Of a stretch of DNA of 64,000 bases, positions 61,173-64,000 are shown piece by piece. The notes below the pieces were generated by a model that was not told the origin of the DNA, did not search any database, and saw only the letters and a list, made by a program, of their open reading frames with translations. A program made the position numbers and the translations under genes. Source of the DNA: Candidatus Saccharimonadales bacterium (GTDB lineage Bacteria > Patescibacteriota > Saccharimonadia > Saccharimonadales > UBA10212); the NCBI GenBank assembly GCA_035758565.1, contig DASTXL010000001.1:331242-395241 (forward strand), written 5' to 3'. The number at the start of each line of letters is the position of its first letter. Position 1 is the first letter of the stretch.

Positions 61173-61565
61173 CTACTTTTCGAGTTCGTGAATGCGTTCG
61201 TGATTTAGGCCAAAGTAGTGCGCGACTTCGTGCCACAAAGTGTGGCGGATATTTTCGTTCAGCTCGCTTAAGTTGGCGCTTTCATTCAAAAGAGGTTTTT
61301 TGAATAAAGTTATTTTATCCGGCAGTATTTTCGTCGCGCCACCACGAGCCGGCAACGGCACTCCCTCATATAAACCAAGCAAGGTTTGATCATTGCGCAG
61401 CGCTAGTTTTTCCCGTTGCTCGCTCGTCGGCTCGTCTTCATAAAGTATGGCAACATTGCCCATACGTGCTTTATATTTTGGCGCGATGGCTTCCGCCGCC
61501 TCGGCAATTAAGTCTTGGAACTTTTCGTCTGATATTTGCATCACTATAAGAATAACATTGGTCAT
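61173..61565 (-). CDS. zincin-like metallopeptidase family protein (DUF1025-type)
   Basis: HEVAHYFG (HExxH) near the C-terminus. An alternative start is Met9 (61541). Confidence 0.65.
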   Translation of the reverse strand: MTNVILIVMQISDEKFQDLIAEAAEAIAPKYKARMGNVAILYEDEPTSEQREKLALRNDQTLLGLYEGVPLPARGGATKILPDKITLFKKPLLNESANLSELNENIRHTLWHEVAHYFGLNHERIHELEK

Positions 61566-61727
61566 TGCACTTGTGCTTAATAGCTAAATATGTTGTTTTG
61601 TAATTTTTTATACGCCTGAGCTGTTAACTTGCTCGCTACTGTCTTGTAAAAGCCCCTACTGTGCGCATACGCGTCGTCGGCTACAGTAAGGTTTGTATGA
61701 GCAACAACAATGTTTTGGGGAGTTCTT

Positions 61728-62162
61728 ATGACTATAAAAGTTACCGCTCTTTTGACCAGTGCGTCCGTTGCGCTGATGTACGTACTTAGTGCTGTGATTC
61801 CAAATGATCCATATTTCTTTTTAATTTCGAGCAACATAGCCGTAGCTATCGGCAGAGTATTGCTAGCCGCTATTTTGGTACAGTTAGTCTTTAGAAACAA
61901 ATTCCGTACAATATACGGGCACGTTGCAAGTTGCGCGGCCGGCTGCGTGTTGATAGGCTTCGGTATAGCCGGTATTGTAATCGCCCCGCTAGATTATTCT
62001 TTGTTTAGTTATATAAAGCCGCTAGATTATATTTTTATGATTGGTAGCGGGCTTTTATTAACTCACGCTGCATTAGGCTACGAGCGCGGAACCGAGCGTT
62101 TGCCGCGCCTGAGCCGGCCGCGCAACTTGCAACTGCGTTTATTCTCTACTGGTCGAGCTTAA
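61728..62162 (+). CDS. hypothetical polytopic membrane protein
   Basis: Trimmed to MTIKVTALL. About 4 TM helices. Preferred over the antisense ORF 61577..61900 on hydrophobic periodicity. Confidence 0.4.
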   Translation: MTIKVTALLTSASVALMYVLSAVIPNDPYFFLISSNIAVAIGRVLLAAILVQLVFRNKFRTIYGHVASCAAGCVLIGFGIAGIVIAPLDYSLFSYIKPLDYIFMIGSGLLLTHAALGYERGTERLPRLSRPRNLQLRLFSTGRA

Positions 62163-62263
62163 TGCAAATAGATTTGTAATTAAACCGACAGAACAAGCGC
62201 ACTTTTAAGTGGTTAAATCTAGTTAATTTCCGATGATGATCATAAAAATTAACTGGAGCTTCC

Positions 62264-62944
62264 ATGAAAAAATCCCCGTACGAGATCAACGTAGAGAAAT
62301 TATTTAGTGGCGCCCGTGTCCGCAAGTTTCCTAAAAACCAGATAGTTTATTATCAAGGCGATCTGCTAACGCAAGTCTATTTAGTAAAAGAAGGCCACCT
62401 CAAAGCCTATACGATTTTAGACTCTGGCGATACGCGCACCATTTTACTCCTCAGTCCCGGCGATATTTTTCCTCTAACTTTTTCGGTGACCCTCGATTGG
62501 GAAAAGTACCGGACCAAACATTTTTACCAGACGCTTACTCCGACGACTTTGGAAGCTTTGGAGGTAAGCCAGCTAAAAGAAAGGGTCGATAACAATCCGA
62601 CTATGATGGAGACCTACCTTAACTACTTGGCCGCTTCTAACCAAACGGTGATAAATCAACTAGAAATTATGAAAAATAAAAAAGCCATCGATAAGATTGA
62701 GTTTTTGTTGCCTTATTTAGTTATGAAGCTTGCCGACAAGATCGGGCCAAATACTTATCGCCTGCGGATACGCATTAGCCATCAGGAGTTCGCCGACCTC
62801 TGCGGCGTAACCCGCGAGACCACAACGGCGCTTATAAAACAGCTAGAGCGAGCAAAAATACTAGACCAATCCAGCGGCCACTGGATTCTGCACGTGGATA
62901 AGCTGGGTGGACCATTCGAGGAAGATTACAAATATTCAGAGTAA
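62264..62944 (+). CDS. Crp/Fnr family transcriptional regulator
   Basis: N-terminal cNMP-binding-like beta barrel and C-terminal HTH (SHQEFADLCGVTRETTTALIKQLE). Confidence 0.85.
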   Translation: MKKSPYEINVEKLFSGARVRKFPKNQIVYYQGDLLTQVYLVKEGHLKAYTILDSGDTRTILLLSPGDIFPLTFSVTLDWEKYRTKHFYQTLTPTTLEALEVSQLKERVDNNPTMMETYLNYLAASNQTVINQLEIMKNKKAIDKIEFLLPYLVMKLADKIGPNTYRLRIRISHQEFADLCGVTRETTTALIKQLERAKILDQSSGHWILHVDKLGGPFEEDYKYSE

Positions 62945-63008
62945 AAATTAACTGACTATATGCTGGGCGCCCGTCTAAGATAGCTAATGTAAGGTTAGGA
63001 GAGATTTA

Positions 63009-63488
63009 ATGGATTTACAAAATGAAGCGCCTGAGTCTGACTTTCAAATTATCAGCCAGGTATTTAGGGATGGCTCACCTATTCCGCCTCAATACACCTG
63101 CAAGGGTCAAAATGTTAGCCCGCCATTGAATTTTCTGAATGTTCCAGATGGGGCCCAATGCTTGGCACTTATTATGCACGACCCGGACGCGCCGGTTGGT
63201 GACTTTACTCATTGGCTAGTTTGGGACATCCCGACATCGACCGAAACAATTGCCGCCAACAGTATTCCAGTCGGTGCCGTGCAAGGAATGAACGACATGG
63301 ACGAGGTTGGCTACACAGGACCTTGCCCGCCCGCCGGCACCGGCACACATCGATACGTATTTGAGGCTTACGCTTTAAGTGCAGCCTTAAGCTTGGAGTC
63401 AGGCTCTAATCGCGCCCAGTTGCAGCAAGCCATGAGCGGTAAAGTTGTGGCCGCTGCTACGCTCGTTGGCACTTTTGCCGCCGATTAA
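63009..63488 (+). CDS. YbhB/YbcL family Raf kinase inhibitor-like (PEBP) protein
   Basis: MHDPDAP, HWLVWDI, GYTGPCPPAGTGTHRYVFEAYAL motifs. Confidence 0.88.
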   Translation: MDLQNEAPESDFQIISQVFRDGSPIPPQYTCKGQNVSPPLNFLNVPDGAQCLALIMHDPDAPVGDFTHWLVWDIPTSTETIAANSIPVGAVQGMNDMDEVGYTGPCPPAGTGTHRYVFEAYALSAALSLESGSNRAQLQQAMSGKVVAAATLVGTFAAD

Positions 63489-64000
63489 ACTGGCGCGTAA
63501 TCAACGTGACACGCGCCGCGGCCGGTCTTTTCTGTAAATTTTTGGTGATACTCTTCGGCGGGCCAGAACTGTCCAGCAGGTTCCAGTTGGGTAACTACTT
63601 TGCCGGAGTATTCTTTTTCGTTTAATTCATTTATCATCTGCTGCGCCTGTTCTTTTTGTTCGTTGTCACTATAAAAAATAGCCGAGCGGTAATTATCACC
63701 CACATCCGGCCCCTGCCTGTTAAGCTGCGTTGGATCATGCAGCCTAAAAAAGTGCTTCAAGAGTGTTTGGTAGCTAACTTTACTCGGATCGAATTCTACT
63801 CGCACCGCTTCAGCGTGACCGGTCGCGTGCGATAGCACATCCTCGTAGGTCGGGTGGCTCTTGTGCCCGCCGGCGTAGCCAGCGGTTGTCTTGGTAACTC
63901 CTGGAACTTGGTCAAAATAATACTGCACTCCCCAAAAACACCCTGCCGCAAAAAGCGCAACGCCACTAGCCGCCCGACCCTGTTGCCCGGCAAAGCCGGC
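63485..64000 (-). CDS. msrA: peptide-methionine (S)-S-oxide reductase MsrA, 5'-truncated by the window edge
   Basis: The frame stays open to position 64000. The catalytic GCFWG lies upstream of the track's GTG start at 63928. Confidence 0.9.
   Translation of the reverse strand, partial: AGFAGQQGRAASGVALFAAGCFWGVQYYFDQVPGVTKTTAGYAGGHKSHPTYEDVLSHATGHAEAVRVEFDPSKVSYQTLLKHFFRLHDPTQLNRQGPDVGDNYRSAIFYSDNEQKEQAQQMINELNEKEYSGKVVTQLEPAGQFWPAEEYHQKFTEKTGRGACHVDYAPV

Overview
This is a compact, gene-dense (roughly 90% coding) bacterial chromosomal segment with about 70 protein genes. I found no rRNA, tRNA, CRISPR array or transposase. Most of it is housekeeping:
- pth, dprA and topA.
- A reduced dcw cluster: mraZ, rsmH, ftsL-like, ftsI, mraY, ftsW, murG, ftsQ-like.
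- glyQS, recO, xseAB, rpmA and pyrG.
- A run of ctp protease, CHAP hydrolase, ftsEX, prfB, M16 peptidase, secA and serS.
- msrA, cut by the window edge.

An accessory-looking stretch (about 21.9-33.4 kb) carries small enzymes: GH1, AKR, NYN, MBL, two GNATs, VOC, HAD-like, a sugar transferase, a hydrolase with an in-frame stop, a protein with a HEPN-type motif, GIY-YIG and HD. A sortase and surface-protein island sits at 33.4-38.7 kb.

The gene content suggests a monoderm, reduced-genome lineage such as Patescibacteria/CPR (Saccharibacteria-like): a reduced dcw cluster, sortase, N/S/G-rich surface proteins, many short overlaps. This placement is inference only. TGA is used as a genuine stop, so the code is the standard bacterial one.

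The most unusual signals are non-coding:
1. A promoter-to-terminator unit for a highly structured RNA of about 500 nt at 1.46-2.0 kb. I could not assign it to a known family.
2. A three-copy family of structured intergenic elements of about 80-95 nt, with compensatory base changes (23.2, 54.8 and 61.1 kb).
3. A 616-bp AT-rich convergent gap at the window's main strand switch, containing a dif-like 11-6-11 palindrome.
4. A repeat of about 115 nt present once in frame inside a methyltransferase gene and once just upstream of rpmA.
5. Phased AGTGGGT direct repeats upstream of mraZ, an ACAAAAACAAAAA leader motif, and unusually long structured spacers inside the dcw cluster.

All functional calls come from motif recognition by eye. 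No database search was run.
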